From contig JAENYV010000001.1 of assembly GCA_016841605.1 (NCBI GenBank), positions 165,553-229,552 of the forward strand: a stretch of DNA of 64,000 nucleotides. Direction: 5' to 3'. Shown here piece by piece: positions 9,676 through 19,820 of the stretch (position 1 is the stretch's first letter; every line of letters begins with the position of its first letter). This stretch comes from Dethiobacter alkaliphilus (GTDB lineage Bacteria; Bacillota; Dethiobacteria; DTU022; UBA8154). Under the pieces are notes generated by a model, which did not search any database, was not told the DNA's origin, and worked only from the letters and a program-made list of their open reading frames with translations. Both the position numbers and the translations under genes were made by a program.

Positions 9676-10527
9676 TTGGAAATTTCTACTATAGGTGTTC
9701 TTGGAGCCGGAACAATGGGAGGTGGTATTGCACTTGTCGCTGCACAGACAGGGTTCAAGGTTTTATTGAAGGGCACTGAATTGTCACGTGTTAAGAATTC
9801 AATCAAACGTTTGGAAGCTTTTTTGGAGAAAAGCGTTCAAAAAGGTAAGTTAACTGAAGAAGAGAAGCAGGAAACCCTTGTGCGTATTAAACCTACCAAT
9901 GAATTATCAGACTTTAAAGAAGCTGATCTGGTAGTTGAAGCCATAGTTGAAAATCTTGAACGAAAGAAAAAAGCCTTTGGCGAACTGGATAATGTTTGTA
10001 AACCGGAAACAATTATTACGACAAACACTTCCTCCATGTCCATAAATATGCTTGCCGGTGTTACGAAGAGACCTGATCGTGTGGCCGGCATGCATTTCTT
10101 TAATCCTACTCCGATTATGAAATTGGTAGAGGTAGTTCGAGGGTATGATACAAGCGACGAAACCATAAAAGTGATTTTTGATGTTGCAAAAAAAATGGGT
10201 AAAATTACGGTTGAAGTCAAAAAGGATTACCCCGGGTTTATTGTTACAAGGGTTAATATGGCTCAGGTTATTGAAGCAATCCGTCTGGTCGAAGAAGGTG
10301 TGGCAACACCTGAAGATATTGATACCGCGATGAAGTTAGGGCTTAACTGGCCCATGGGTCCATTTGAAATGCAAGATTTTATCGGACTGGATGTGACGAG
10401 TTCGATTCTGGGATATTTTAATGATGAATTTAAAGAGGCCCGCTGGAATCCTCCCCAATCTCTCAAGGCTTTAATCAGGTCGGGAAAATTAGGTAAAAAA
10501 TCTAATTCAGGCTGGTTTCACTATTAA
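9676..10527 (+). CDS. hbd: 3-hydroxyacyl/3-hydroxybutyryl-CoA dehydrogenase
   Basis: TTG start after AAGGAGGT. Rossmann motif VLGAGTMGGGIA and the typical HFFNP..MKLVEV core. Confidence 0.85.
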   Translation: MEISTIGVLGAGTMGGGIALVAAQTGFKVLLKGTELSRVKNSIKRLEAFLEKSVQKGKLTEEEKQETLVRIKPTNELSDFKEADLVVEAIVENLERKKKAFGELDNVCKPETIITTNTSSMSINMLAGVTKRPDRVAGMHFFNPTPIMKLVEVVRGYDTSDETIKVIFDVAKKMGKITVEVKKDYPGFIVTRVNMAQVIEAIRLVEEGVATPEDIDTAMKLGLNWPMGPFEMQDFIGLDVTSSILGYFNDEFKEARWNPPQSLKALIRSGKLGKKSNSGWFHY

Positions 10528-10553
10528 TTAATCAACCAATTGATTAAAAAGGG

Positions 10554-11345
10554 GTGAACAAAAAAATGGTTTCCGAAGTGGTTAAGCTGGAAAGAGAAGA
10601 CGATATCGCCATCATTACCTTAAATCGGCCTCCTTTTAATCCGCTCAGCAGCCGGGTTTTTTCTGATTTAAATAAAGCCCTTGCGGAAATTGAAGCTGAT
10701 TCTTCGTTTAAGTCGGTAATTATTACAGGATCAGGTGAAAAAGCTTTTGCAGCCGGGGCTGATGTTAACGAAGTGGCCGCCAATACTTCAGTTGCACAGC
10801 ATGACTTCTTAAAATTAATACTATCTGTTTTCAACAGGCTGGAAAACCTGGAGAAGCCAACCATTGCCGCTGTAAATGGTCTTGCGCTCGGAGGCGGATG
10901 TGAACTGACGTTAGCATGCGATTTTCGTATCGCCGCGGAAAATGCCAAGTTCGGGCAACCCGAAATTAACATCGGTGTTATCCCGGGGGGCGGAGGTACA
11001 CAGCGTTTGCCCAGGTTAATAGGGCTTACCCGTGCCAAAGAAATGTTGTTTTTGGGAGAGGTAATCGATGCAGTTACTGCTGAGAAATATGGACTGGTAA
11101 ACAAGGTTGTTCCGAAAGACCAGTTACTCAACGAAGCTAAAAAATATGCCCGAAAAATTGCTTCCAAGCCGCCCGTGACAATGAAGGTTCTTAAGAAAAC
11201 AGTAAATGCAGGGCAAAACATTGATTTACCTTCGGCTCTTAACCTGGAAATAGATAGCTTTATAGTTGCCTTTTCCAGCGATGATCGTGTCGAAGGAATA
11301 AAGGCAATGTTGGAAAAACGTAAACCAAACTTTCAGGGGAAATAA
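10554..11345 (+). CDS. Enoyl-CoA hydratase/isomerase (crotonase) family
   Basis: ITLNRPP..NPL, GSGEKAFAAGADV, AAVNGLALGGGCELTLACDFRIA and FGQPEINIGVIPGGGGTQRL are classic crotonase oxyanion-hole segments. The start may instead be the ATG at 10566. Confidence 0.85.
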   Translation: MNKKMVSEVVKLEREDDIAIITLNRPPFNPLSSRVFSDLNKALAEIEADSSFKSVIITGSGEKAFAAGADVNEVAANTSVAQHDFLKLILSVFNRLENLEKPTIAAVNGLALGGGCELTLACDFRIAAENAKFGQPEINIGVIPGGGGTQRLPRLIGLTRAKEMLFLGEVIDAVTAEKYGLVNKVVPKDQLLNEAKKYARKIASKPPVTMKVLKKTVNAGQNIDLPSALNLEIDSFIVAFSSDDRVEGIKAMLEKRKPNFQGK

Positions 11346-11401
11346 AAAAGTTAATTTTACCACATTAAGCCAAATCAGTACAAAGAAAGGGGTACTTTAA
11401 A

Positions 11402-12493
11402 ATGTTGCTTTCTCCGGTAAATTTTAGAAATTTGAGTTTAAAAAACAGGATCGTCTGGCTGCCTATTGTCAGCTGGTTGGCAGAAGATGACGGTTTTGTT
11501 ACCGATGCAGTTATCGAACGTTACAGCCGCAGGGCAGAAGGTGGAGTAGGGATGGTTGTTATTGAAGCGACAGGAGTCCTGGACAGGAGAAGCCCGAAAC
11601 TGATAAAGATTTGTGATGATAAATATATGCCGGGTTTGGAAAAGTTGGTACAAGCCATTCACGATGCGGGAGCAAAAGTATCCGTTCAGCTGATTCACTA
11701 CGCCAAGAAATCTAAAAAAACAGGATGGAAACAAAAGGTTGAAGATTTAAGTCCGGAAGATATCCGGCAGGTCAAGAAAGAATATGTAGAAGCGGCAATC
11801 AGGGCAAAAAAAGTCGGGTTTGATGCTATTGAATTACATGTGGCTCACAGCTATACCCTTGCCTCTTTCGTTTCCCTTCTGAACAAGCGGCAAGATGAAT
11901 ATGGCCGTGATATATGGGGAAGAAGTAAAATTGTTCTGGAGATTATGGAAATGATTCGAGAAAAAGTCGGTGATGACTATGCTGTATGTGCCAGAATCAG
12001 CGGTGAAGAATTTGTAAAAGGTGGCAACACTTTGAAGCAAACCAGAGTAATCTCCAGGTTAATGGCCGGGAAAGGCCTGGACTATTTAAGCGTATCGGCC
12101 GGAGGGAAAGATGAAGATGGTGATTGGTACACAGGATATAGTTCAACGAGAAGCATGCCAACTGCCAACCTGACGGATGGATGCCATGTATACCTGGCGG
12201 AAGCTCTTCGGGAAGAAATGGCACCATATGGAGTACCGGTCATTGCTTCCGGAAAAATAAATACCCTTAAACAGGCTGAAGAAATTTTAGCCGGGGGACA
12301 GGCTGATTTGATCGGTGTGGCCAGGCCGTTGCTGGCTGATCCCGATTGGATATTAAAACTTAAAGAAAATAAGGAAGACGAACTTGTTACGTGCACATAC
12401 TGTAATACCTGCCTGGATAGAGACCGCCGCTTTGAGCCTGTCGAATGTATTGAAGCAGAGAAAAAAATCAGAAAAGAAGCCAGGATGGCATAA
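11402..12493 (+). CDS. Old-Yellow-Enzyme-type FMN oxidoreductase with C-terminal 4Fe-4S motif (enoate / 2,4-dienoyl-CoA reductase N-domain-like)
   Basis: LSLKNRIVWLPI.., GGVGMVVIEAT and GFDAIELHVAHSYTLASF (OYE TIM barrel), then C-x2-C-x2-C-x11-C (CTYCNTCLDRDRRFEPVEC). No C-terminal FAD/NAD domain. Confidence 0.75.
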   Translation: MLLSPVNFRNLSLKNRIVWLPIVSWLAEDDGFVTDAVIERYSRRAEGGVGMVVIEATGVLDRRSPKLIKICDDKYMPGLEKLVQAIHDAGAKVSVQLIHYAKKSKKTGWKQKVEDLSPEDIRQVKKEYVEAAIRAKKVGFDAIELHVAHSYTLASFVSLLNKRQDEYGRDIWGRSKIVLEIMEMIREKVGDDYAVCARISGEEFVKGGNTLKQTRVISRLMAGKGLDYLSVSAGGKDEDGDWYTGYSSTRSMPTANLTDGCHVYLAEALREEMAPYGVPVIASGKINTLKQAEEILAGGQADLIGVARPLLADPDWILKLKENKEDELVTCTYCNTCLDRDRRFEPVECIEAEKKIRKEARMA

Positions 12494-12538
12494 AGGAAGG
12501 ACTGTATTCTGTTCAGCTATGCAGAAGGAGGGAAAGAT

Positions 12539-14197
12539 ATGCTGCAAGGTTGTGTTCCATGGCCGGATGAATTTGTTGAAAAATATGTAGAAGGGGGGTA
12601 TTGGGAGAATATCACCCTTGGAGACGCATTTGACAGGATTGCCGGCTCTTTTCCCCATAAAGAGGCGTTGGTTTTTAAAGATGAGAGAATAACCTACAGC
12701 CGGCTAAAAAAAATGTCCGATCAATTGGCTACCGGTTTTCTAAAGTCCGGCTTGAAACCCTTAGACCGGGTTATTGTTCAATTGCCGAACATTACTGAAT
12801 TTGTTACATGTTATTTGGCATTTCTAAAGATAGGTGTAATTCCGGTAATGTGCCTGCCTCAGCACCGTCTTGCAGAGATAGAATATATTGCAAACCAGTG
12901 TGAGGCTAAAGGATATTTAATTTCTGATAAAATCGGTAAATTTAACTTCCTGGAGCTGGCGGTAGAAGTGTGCCGGGAAGTACCTTCTCTAGAGAAAGTC
13001 TTTGTAGCAGGTCAAGATTGCCCGGAGGGGTATATATCTATTGAAAGTTTGCTTGAAGATGCCATTGAAGAAAAGCAAATATCTAAAACGCTGGAGAACA
13101 ATAAACCAAGCCCTTATGAAGTTGCCGTTTTTTTGCTCTCAGGGGGTACAACAGGCTTACCTAAGATAATTCCAAGAACGCACAATGATTACAGATATAC
13201 TTCTCAAATAACGGGTATGCATATGGGTGTCAGCAAATATACTACGTACCTGGCTATAGCACCTTTAGCTCATAATATGACTTTGGCCTGTCCCGGAATA
13301 ATGGGTGTTTTTCAGCGGGGAGGAAAAGTCGTTTTAACAGATTCAACGGCTCCGGAAAATATTTGTAAGGTTGTTGAGAAAGAAAAAGTTACAAATATGG
13401 GGCTGGTGCCGGCGTTAATAATCGGCTTATTAAATCTTGAGAAAAGAAAGGATTACGATCTTTCTTTTCTGGTTGCCATTGTATCCGGCGGCTCCAAATT
13501 AAATCCCGAAGTAGCAAAAAGGGTTAAGCCCGAATTGGGCTGTAATTTAATCCAGCAATTCGGCATGGGGGAAGGTTTGTTGACGATGACGGATGATACC
13601 AGTGATAGCGACAGACTAACTTTTGAAACGATCGGTCGTCCACTGTCTCCTGCTGATGAGGTAAAGATTGTAGATGATAAAGGCCTGGAAGTACCTGCCG
13701 GTGAAGTCGGAGAACTGTTATGCCGGGGGCCTTACACCATCAGGGGTTATTATAAAGCACCCGAGCATAATAAAAAAGCTTTTACAGAAGATGGTTTTTA
13801 TAAATCGGGAGATATGGTCGTAATAGATCCGAAAAGTGGGTATTTCTCTATTGGGGGTAGAGTTAAGGATATAATTAACAGGGGTGGAGAAAAAATCAGT
13901 GCGGAGGAGATCGAAAATCTGATTTTGGCACACCCCAAGGTAAAGAATGCTGCTGCCATTGCCATGCCGGATGCTTTAATGGGAGAAAAATGCTGCGCTT
14001 ACGTTATATTAAAAGAGAATGAAAGTCTGGATCTGGCTGAGCTAAACGCTTTCTTAGTGGATAAAAAAATTGCCAAGTTCAAACTGCCTGAGCGTCTTGA
14101 AGTTGTCGACAGTTTTCCCATGACCAATATTGGAAAAATCTCCAAGAAAGATTTACGTGATGATATTGAGGAAAAATTAAAAGAAAAAGTAAATTAA
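12539..14197 (+). CDS. AMP-dependent aryl/acyl-CoA ligase (EntE/DhbE-like adenylate-forming enzyme)
   Basis: N-terminus WPDEFVEKYVEGGYWENITLGD is EntE/DhbE-like. The AMP-binding motif is LLSGGTTGLPKIIPRTH, followed by later GEKISAEEIE and a C-terminal lysine (GKISKKDL). Confidence 0.8.
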   Translation: MLQGCVPWPDEFVEKYVEGGYWENITLGDAFDRIAGSFPHKEALVFKDERITYSRLKKMSDQLATGFLKSGLKPLDRVIVQLPNITEFVTCYLAFLKIGVIPVMCLPQHRLAEIEYIANQCEAKGYLISDKIGKFNFLELAVEVCREVPSLEKVFVAGQDCPEGYISIESLLEDAIEEKQISKTLENNKPSPYEVAVFLLSGGTTGLPKIIPRTHNDYRYTSQITGMHMGVSKYTTYLAIAPLAHNMTLACPGIMGVFQRGGKVVLTDSTAPENICKVVEKEKVTNMGLVPALIIGLLNLEKRKDYDLSFLVAIVSGGSKLNPEVAKRVKPELGCNLIQQFGMGEGLLTMTDDTSDSDRLTFETIGRPLSPADEVKIVDDKGLEVPAGEVGELLCRGPYTIRGYYKAPEHNKKAFTEDGFYKSGDMVVIDPKSGYFSIGGRVKDIINRGGEKISAEEIENLILAHPKVKNAAAIAMPDALMGEKCCAYVILKENESLDLAELNAFLVDKKIAKFKLPERLEVVDSFPMTNIGKISKKDLRDDIEEKLKEKVN

Positions 14198-14425
14198 TTT
14201 ACTACCGGTAGACTACCTCAACTAAATAATCTTTCCTTACAGGAAAACCTTGGTAACTCCAGGGTTTTCTTGTTTCAAAGACCTAATTTTGTGTTGGAAC
14301 GTTAAAAATTATATACATCCCTGCAGCTATAGAAAATATCTATTGGTTTTCTTTGTTGCCCTTTGATAGACTACTTTGAAGATTAAACGAAACATAATAT
14401 TGCTTAAAAAAAGTGAAGGGGTGAG

Positions 14426-15046
14426 GTGATGCTCATCGATATTCATGTGCATACCTGCAAACATTCTCCATGCAGCCGCATTGAACCGCAAGAGGCGGTT
14501 TTGAAGGCCAGGGAGATGGGCCTAGACGGGATATGCATAACAGACCACGATAACTGCCATTTTCGGTCCGAGGCCGAAGTGCTAAGCAGGGAAACGAACT
14601 TTTTGATTTTAGTCGGAATGGAAGTGTTGAGTTACGAAGGGGATCTGCTTATCTTTGGGCTGGACGAAGCTCCGGCACAAAAAATGCACGCCAGGGATTT
14701 AATTGCTCTGGTCAACAGGAAAAGCGGTGTCGCTATTGCTGCGCACCCTTTTCGCGACAACGGGCGAGCTTTGGGCGAGTCTATCAGGGAACTGGAAGGT
14801 TTGTCAGGGGTGGAGAGTTTTAACGGCAATACTTCATTGGCCGATAACTACCGGGCAGACGCTCTGGGGAAGTCACTGTTTTTGCCCTTATTGGGCGGGA
14901 GCGATGCTCACTCGGTTGAGCGCGTCGGGTGCTACGCTACATATTTTTCTGCAGATATTAATAGTACTGCCGCTTTTATCAGTGCTGTCAAAGGTGGACT
15001 TGTTTGCCCGGTGGCTCATGAGGTAAACGGCTTTTATAAGCTTTAA
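14426..15046 (+). CDS. PHP-domain metal-dependent phosphoesterase
   Basis: IDIHVHT..SPCS, ICITDHD, AAHPF and GGSDAHS form the PHP His/Asp pattern. The real start is probably the ATG at 14429. Confidence 0.75.
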   Translation: MMLIDIHVHTCKHSPCSRIEPQEAVLKAREMGLDGICITDHDNCHFRSEAEVLSRETNFLILVGMEVLSYEGDLLIFGLDEAPAQKMHARDLIALVNRKSGVAIAAHPFRDNGRALGESIRELEGLSGVESFNGNTSLADNYRADALGKSLFLPLLGGSDAHSVERVGCYATYFSADINSTAAFISAVKGGLVCPVAHEVNGFYKL

Positions 15047-15091
15047 TTTGTTTTATTAAACGGAAAAGCAAAACGAGGGGGAACGAAGTTA

Positions 15092-16213
15092 ATGAAAAAG
15101 GTTCTAATTTTGTTGCTGGCTGTGATGCTGGTCTTTACTTTGGCTTCCTGTTCACCAAAAGAAACAGAGACAGAGAACGGAACGGGAGCGGAAGTAGGGA
15201 CAGAAACAGGCACAGAGCCGGAGATCTATGTCGGTGAGGGCTGGTCCTCGGAGTATTACAATCCGGAAACCATGAAAGGTGTTGTTCTGAATCTTTATGG
15301 TGTAACGGATGTCGTCAGACCTATCCTTGATATTTTTGAAGAAGATACGGGTATCAAAGTGGAACACCTGACCTTGAAAAATGCGGAAATTCTGCAAAGA
15401 TTAAGCAATGAGTTTGACGTAGGGGTCTCCATTGCGGATATTTGGTTTACAGGCGGTGCGGATACTTTTATTAATGCCGCGCAGAATGGACTGCTAATTC
15501 CTTACAAATCACCGCCCGGCGCAGAACTCGACGATATTATGAAAGATACCGAAGGGTATTGGCATGGGACATCCTTAACCATTGTCAACTGGGTTGTCAA
15601 CAAGGAGCTTATTGAACAGAAAGGTCTTAAAATGCCGGAAACCTGGGAGGATCTTTTGCAGGAAGGCTTAAAGGGCGAAGTAGCCATGCCCAATCCGGCT
15701 TCTTCAGGAACCGGTTATAATACTATCAGCGCGATTATCGAAGTAAAAGGTGAAGAAGCGGGCTGGGCTTACCTGGAGAAACTCATTGAGCAAGTTTCCT
15801 TTTTTAGCCCCAGGGGCAGCGACCCGGCCCAGCATGTTGTCAACGGCGAGGCAATTGTCGGTATTAATCCCACAGACGGCGGCAGGGAGTTGGAGATTAA
15901 CAACCCCCATATAGCCCTTGTTTACCCCGAAGATGGAACCGGATGGTGGCCACAGCCGGTGGCTATCGTTAATGGCACCAAAAATGAAGAAGCAGCCAAA
16001 GTTTTTGTTGACTGGCTTTTATCGAAGAGGGGTATGGAGACGATAGCGAGAGAAAGGTATGCAGCTGTTGCCAGACAAGATGTGGAAAGGCCGGAAGGAA
16101 TTGTTGATATCAGCACGATAAACCTTTTTGCTACTGATTTTCAACTTAATGCCGAAAGGCGAGATGAGATTTTAGCAGAATGGGAAAAACGGGTCAGCGC
16201 TGCCGCAAGGTAG
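15092..16213 (+). CDS. ABC transporter substrate-binding lipoprotein (Fe3+/2-aminoethylphosphonate/thiamine FbpA-type family)
   Basis: Signal peptide plus lipobox (LVFTLASCS) and an E/T-rich linker. The SBP_bac_1/6-like body contains NPASSGTGYN. Confidence 0.7.
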   Translation: MKKVLILLLAVMLVFTLASCSPKETETENGTGAEVGTETGTEPEIYVGEGWSSEYYNPETMKGVVLNLYGVTDVVRPILDIFEEDTGIKVEHLTLKNAEILQRLSNEFDVGVSIADIWFTGGADTFINAAQNGLLIPYKSPPGAELDDIMKDTEGYWHGTSLTIVNWVVNKELIEQKGLKMPETWEDLLQEGLKGEVAMPNPASSGTGYNTISAIIEVKGEEAGWAYLEKLIEQVSFFSPRGSDPAQHVVNGEAIVGINPTDGGRELEINNPHIALVYPEDGTGWWPQPVAIVNGTKNEEAAKVFVDWLLSKRGMETIARERYAAVARQDVERPEGIVDISTINLFATDFQLNAERRDEILAEWEKRVSAAAR

Positions 16214-16235
16214 AGAGAGCTCAAATAAAATTTAT

Positions 16236-16280
16236 GGCAAAGAGAAAGCCGGGGCTTCGCTTTCCGGCTTTCTCTTTGCC
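16236..16280 (+). promoter_or_regulatory. Strong intra-operon stem-loop between SBP and permease genes
   Basis: GGCAAAGAGAAAGCCGG-(11 nt)-CCGGCTTTCTCTTTGCC is a perfect 17-bp stem with no T-tract after it. It could be an mRNA stabiliser or partial terminator giving SBP excess. Confidence 0.55.
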
Positions 16281-16330
16281 GTTAACATGGCAAGTATTCT
16301 CTTTGCAACTATGCTCTTCGAGGTGTACCG

Positions 16331-18076
16331 ATGTCTTTACAAGCCAGTAAACCGGTTATAGTCTTATACATTTTAATATTAATTTCTGTTGTCTATTTTG
16401 TTTTGGTGCCCGTTGTCAGTGTGGTTTACTACGGGATTAGCTCCGGCGAGCCGGGGGTTGTTTTCCAGGGAACAGGCCGGGCCCTTTTGTATTTAAAGAA
16501 TAGTTTGCAGGTTTCAATGCCTGTTACCTTGATTGCCACTGCTTTTGGATTATTGGCCGCGCTTACCCTGTGGCGTGTAAAGTTTTGGGGCAGGTCCTTG
16601 ATGAGGCTGATGGTTTTATTTCCTTTGATCAATCCTCCTTTTGTGGGAAGTATTGCCTTTATTATGCTTTTTGGGAAAAGGGGTCTTATCAGCCATAATC
16701 TACTCGGGTTGACGGTCAGCCCCTTTGGCTATTATGGTATTGTCGTCATGCAGTGTATCGGGCTTTCAACGCTGGCTTACCTGATTATCTCCAGTGCTAT
16801 CCAGGAAATAAATATTGACTATGAAGAAGCGGCACGCAATCTTGGTGCTTCGGAAGGGCGCATCTTCTTTTCCGTAACTTTGCCGTTGATGATTCCGGAA
16901 ATAACGGTTGCTGCCATGTTGGTTTTTCTTTCCTCCATGTCGGATTTTGGGACGCCCCTCATTATTGGGGGAAATTATCAAACCCTTGCTTCAGATTTAT
17001 ATTTACAGATAACGGGCTTGTACAATATGCGCACAGCATCGCTTTCCGGCATCTTCCTTTTAATACCCTGCCTCATTGCCTTTTTCATACAAAAGTACTT
17101 TTCCGGTCGCCAAGCATACTATAGTCAGTCTGTTGCCTCTGAAAACATTGAATATACGAGCATACCTGCAGCAGTAAAAGGTATTTTAATTTCTTTGACA
17201 GGTCTCTTTATTTTTTTTGTCATCATCAAATACGGCTTTATTGCTTTGGGAGCCTTTACCGAGCACTGGGGTTATGACTTTTCTCTTACGCTCCGGCACT
17301 TTTATAAGTTGCTTGGCAGGGAATTTGCTCCTTTTATCAACAGTGTCAAGCTGGCGTTGGGTGTGGCTGTGGTTTCTTCCTTATTGGGGGTTGTCATCGC
17401 TTATCTGTTAAAAACCAGGAAGTTGTTCTGTGTCCGACAGCTGGACTTCCTGGCTACTGTCCCGGCGGCAGTACCGGGGATTCTTTTTGGTATCGGCTAT
17501 CTGGTTACTTTTAAATATCCACTGTTCGGTGTGGGCAGGTTTATTTTTCCGGAGATGTCTCCTGTTATTTTGTTGGGAACAGGTATAATTATTTACATAA
17601 TTTGTGTGTTCCGATATTTATATGTAGGCCTGAAAACCGGTTATGCTCTCCTGGAACACCTTGATCCAAACCTGGAACCTGCTGCCAATAATCTCGGAGC
17701 CGGCGATCTGAAAACATTTGTCCATATTATCTTTCCACAGCTCAAACCTGCTTTTGCCGCCGCGTTTTTGCGCAACTTTACTTCCACCATGACGACCCTG
17801 GGCGCCATAATTTTTTTATTGTTGCCCCGGAATAAAGTTGCAACGCAACAAATTCTGCAAGTTGCCGGCAGTTCGGAAATCGGTTTTGCCGCAACATTGG
17901 CCTTGATGCTCTCTTTGCTCTCCCTTTTGTTGCTCATTGTCTTTCAGATAATTGTTAACTACCAGGGGCTTATCGGTTGGTTTAAAAGCAAATGGGGCCG
18001 GGTAAGGCGTGTCAGGAATGTTAAAATGCTTACTGGGAGCAACTTTTCAGGAGAAAAAAACCGGGAGACAACTTGA
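16331..18076 (+). CDS. ABC transporter permease, duplicated (two MetI-like domains; FbpB/PhnU2-type)
   Basis: A 581-aa polytopic protein. Two EAA-like loops are present (DYEEAARNLGASEGRIFFSVTLP and EPAANNLGAGDLKTFVHIIFP). Confidence 0.8.
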   Translation: MSLQASKPVIVLYILILISVVYFVLVPVVSVVYYGISSGEPGVVFQGTGRALLYLKNSLQVSMPVTLIATAFGLLAALTLWRVKFWGRSLMRLMVLFPLINPPFVGSIAFIMLFGKRGLISHNLLGLTVSPFGYYGIVVMQCIGLSTLAYLIISSAIQEINIDYEEAARNLGASEGRIFFSVTLPLMIPEITVAAMLVFLSSMSDFGTPLIIGGNYQTLASDLYLQITGLYNMRTASLSGIFLLIPCLIAFFIQKYFSGRQAYYSQSVASENIEYTSIPAAVKGILISLTGLFIFFVIIKYGFIALGAFTEHWGYDFSLTLRHFYKLLGREFAPFINSVKLALGVAVVSSLLGVVIAYLLKTRKLFCVRQLDFLATVPAAVPGILFGIGYLVTFKYPLFGVGRFIFPEMSPVILLGTGIIIYIICVFRYLYVGLKTGYALLEHLDPNLEPAANNLGAGDLKTFVHIIFPQLKPAFAAAFLRNFTSTMTTLGAIIFLLLPRNKVATQQILQVAGSSEIGFAATLALMLSLLSLLLLIVFQIIVNYQGLIGWFKSKWGRVRRVRNVKMLTGSNFSGEKNRETT

Positions 18077-18115
18077 CGTATCAACTTGACGTATTGCCTG
18101 CGAAGGAGTTTTTTT

Positions 18116-19174
18116 ATGAAAATTGAATTGCGAGACATTACACAAAAATATGGGGACAAAATAGCCGTTAACAATGTAAGCTTTTCTATTGATGATGGAG
18201 AGCTGGTCGCTCTCCTAGGTCCCTCCGGTTGCGGCAAGACGACATTGCTGAGAACCATTGCCGGCATGATACCTCTATTTAAAGGTGCAATTTACCTGAA
18301 TGGGGTAAATATCAGTGTCTGGCCTGCGCAGAGACGCAATACGGCTATGGTTTTTCAAAATTATGCCCTGTTTCCCCATATGACTGTGGAAGAAAATATT
18401 GCTTATGGTCTGAGAGTGAAAAAAATAAAGAAAAACGTTCAAAGACAAAAGGTTGAGGAAATACTGAGCAAGGTCCGGCTGGAGGGATACAATAAACGTA
18501 AAATATATGAACTCAGCGGCGGAGAGCAACAAAGAGTGGCTCTGGCCAGAGCCCTGGTTATTGAGCCCGGTGTTTTGCTCTTTGATGAACCTTTAAGCAA
18601 TCTGGACGAAAAGCTGCGGGTCTCCATGCGCCGGGAGATTAGAAAGATTCAACAGGAATATGGGATAACCAGCATTTATGTAACTCATGACCAGGAAGAG
18701 GCCATGTCTATCGCAGACCGAATTGTCATTATGAAAGACGGTCTGCTTCAGCAAATGGGCTCTCCCCGTGAAATTTATTTTCATCCGGCCAACACGTTTG
18801 TGGCGGATTTTATGGGTGTTGCCAATATTATTGAACCGGGAGAAATAAGAATAAACCGCGATCATCAACTTGTTTTTAAAATCTTCGGAAATACTTATGC
18901 CATACCGTCCAACAACTATCAGGAAAAAGGAAATCTAAAAGGAAAGATTATGTTCAGACCGGAAGACGTTGAGCTGAAAGAGAACGGAGAATGCAGGGGC
19001 GTTGTCAGATGGTACGAGAACCTCGGGGCGACCGGCAGAGTTGCCATTGATTGCCAAGGCATCTCTCTTATCGCTGAAATATTCAATCGCTATGGAAATA
19101 TCCGGGAATATTGTTTTGGTGAAGAGGTGCGATTTACTATTATTCCGGACGCCTTTCATTTGCTTGCAGAATAA
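18116..19174 (+). CDS. ABC transporter ATP-binding protein (FbpC/PotA-type with C-terminal TOBE-like domain)
   Basis: An ATG 4 nt after AAGGAG is preferred over the listed TTG at 18086. Walker A GPSGCGKTT, signature LSGGEQQRVALARA and Walker B LLFDEPLSNLD. Confidence 0.85.
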   Translation: MKIELRDITQKYGDKIAVNNVSFSIDDGELVALLGPSGCGKTTLLRTIAGMIPLFKGAIYLNGVNISVWPAQRRNTAMVFQNYALFPHMTVEENIAYGLRVKKIKKNVQRQKVEEILSKVRLEGYNKRKIYELSGGEQQRVALARALVIEPGVLLFDEPLSNLDEKLRVSMRREIRKIQQEYGITSIYVTHDQEEAMSIADRIVIMKDGLLQQMGSPREIYFHPANTFVADFMGVANIIEPGEIRINRDHQLVFKIFGNTYAIPSNNYQEKGNLKGKIMFRPEDVELKENGECRGVVRWYENLGATGRVAIDCQGISLIAEIFNRYGNIREYCFGEEVRFTIIPDAFHLLAE

Positions 19175-19197
19175 TACTGCCGTTTGCCTGTATCAAA

Positions 19198-19695
19198 TTA
19201 TGAACGCTTATTATCTTGCAAAGTTTCCCCCGGTTCGGGGAAAAGGGACGGATCTCCGAGTTTTGATGTCAACAAAGCGGCAGTAATACCATACAGCCCG
19301 TGATTTATAAAAGCTGATAAATTTGTGGAAGCATTAAGAGGAAATAAGCCCTTGATGCCGAACATGCGGCCTACTGCCCCGTATAAAGAAACCCAGGCAA
19401 GATTACCGAAGCCCAAACCTTTGAGGGTAGCATGGTCTCTGCCCGTATAACGTAATATGTAAACCATGGGTACCCCCATCATTGCTCCGATGGCAAAGTC
19501 TGCCAGCGCGCCGACAAATAAACCGACCGGTTTTTTGCGTTCTTTTTGGGCCATAAAAAGCCCTGCGGCAATTTCCGGATAAGTTACATTGGAAATTTTT
19601 AAGATTTTCCTGTTGAATTCATTTCCCACAAATTTTACAAGATTTGCTACTATACCCACGGTAGCGCCAAGAACCAGCGGATCTTTTATTTTCAT
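19198..19695 (-). CDS. Small polytopic membrane protein, unknown function (last gene of the lanM-lanA transcription direction; immunity candidate)
   Basis: A 165-aa protein with about 4 hydrophobic segments and no recognisable motif. It is co-oriented with and 125 nt downstream of the precursor gene. Confidence 0.45.
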   Translation of the reverse strand: MKIKDPLVLGATVGIVANLVKFVGNEFNRKILKISNVTYPEIAAGLFMAQKERKKPVGLFVGALADFAIGAMMGVPMVYILRYTGRDHATLKGLGFGNLAWVSLYGAVGRMFGIKGLFPLNASTNLSAFINHGLYGITAALLTSKLGDPSLFPEPGETLQDNKRS

Positions 19696-19820
19696 TATTT
19701 ATCCGCCTTTCATGTTATGGTACAGTTTATTGTGCCCGGATTTAGCGTTTTTAGTCTTGGTAAATGATAGCTATTTCGCTTGACGCTTTGATGCAGTTAA
19801 ATAAAATAGTAATTGTTCTT

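Noticed and set aside
10544-11221. 225-aa minus ORF, plus similar ones at 24651-25310, 35531-36115, 36884-37387 and 37892-38551
   Set aside because: Each is fully antisense to a + strand gene with unambiguous family motifs (crotonase, KS, ABC ATPase, etc.). Their translations are Ser/Pro/Arg-rich with no motifs.
18069-18094. Perfect 13-bp tandem duplication CAACTTGACGTAT x2 spanning the permease stop codon
   Set aside because: It is real but tiny. It lies in the 39-nt spacer before the ATPase RBS and most simply reflects a slippage duplication. There is no evidence of function.
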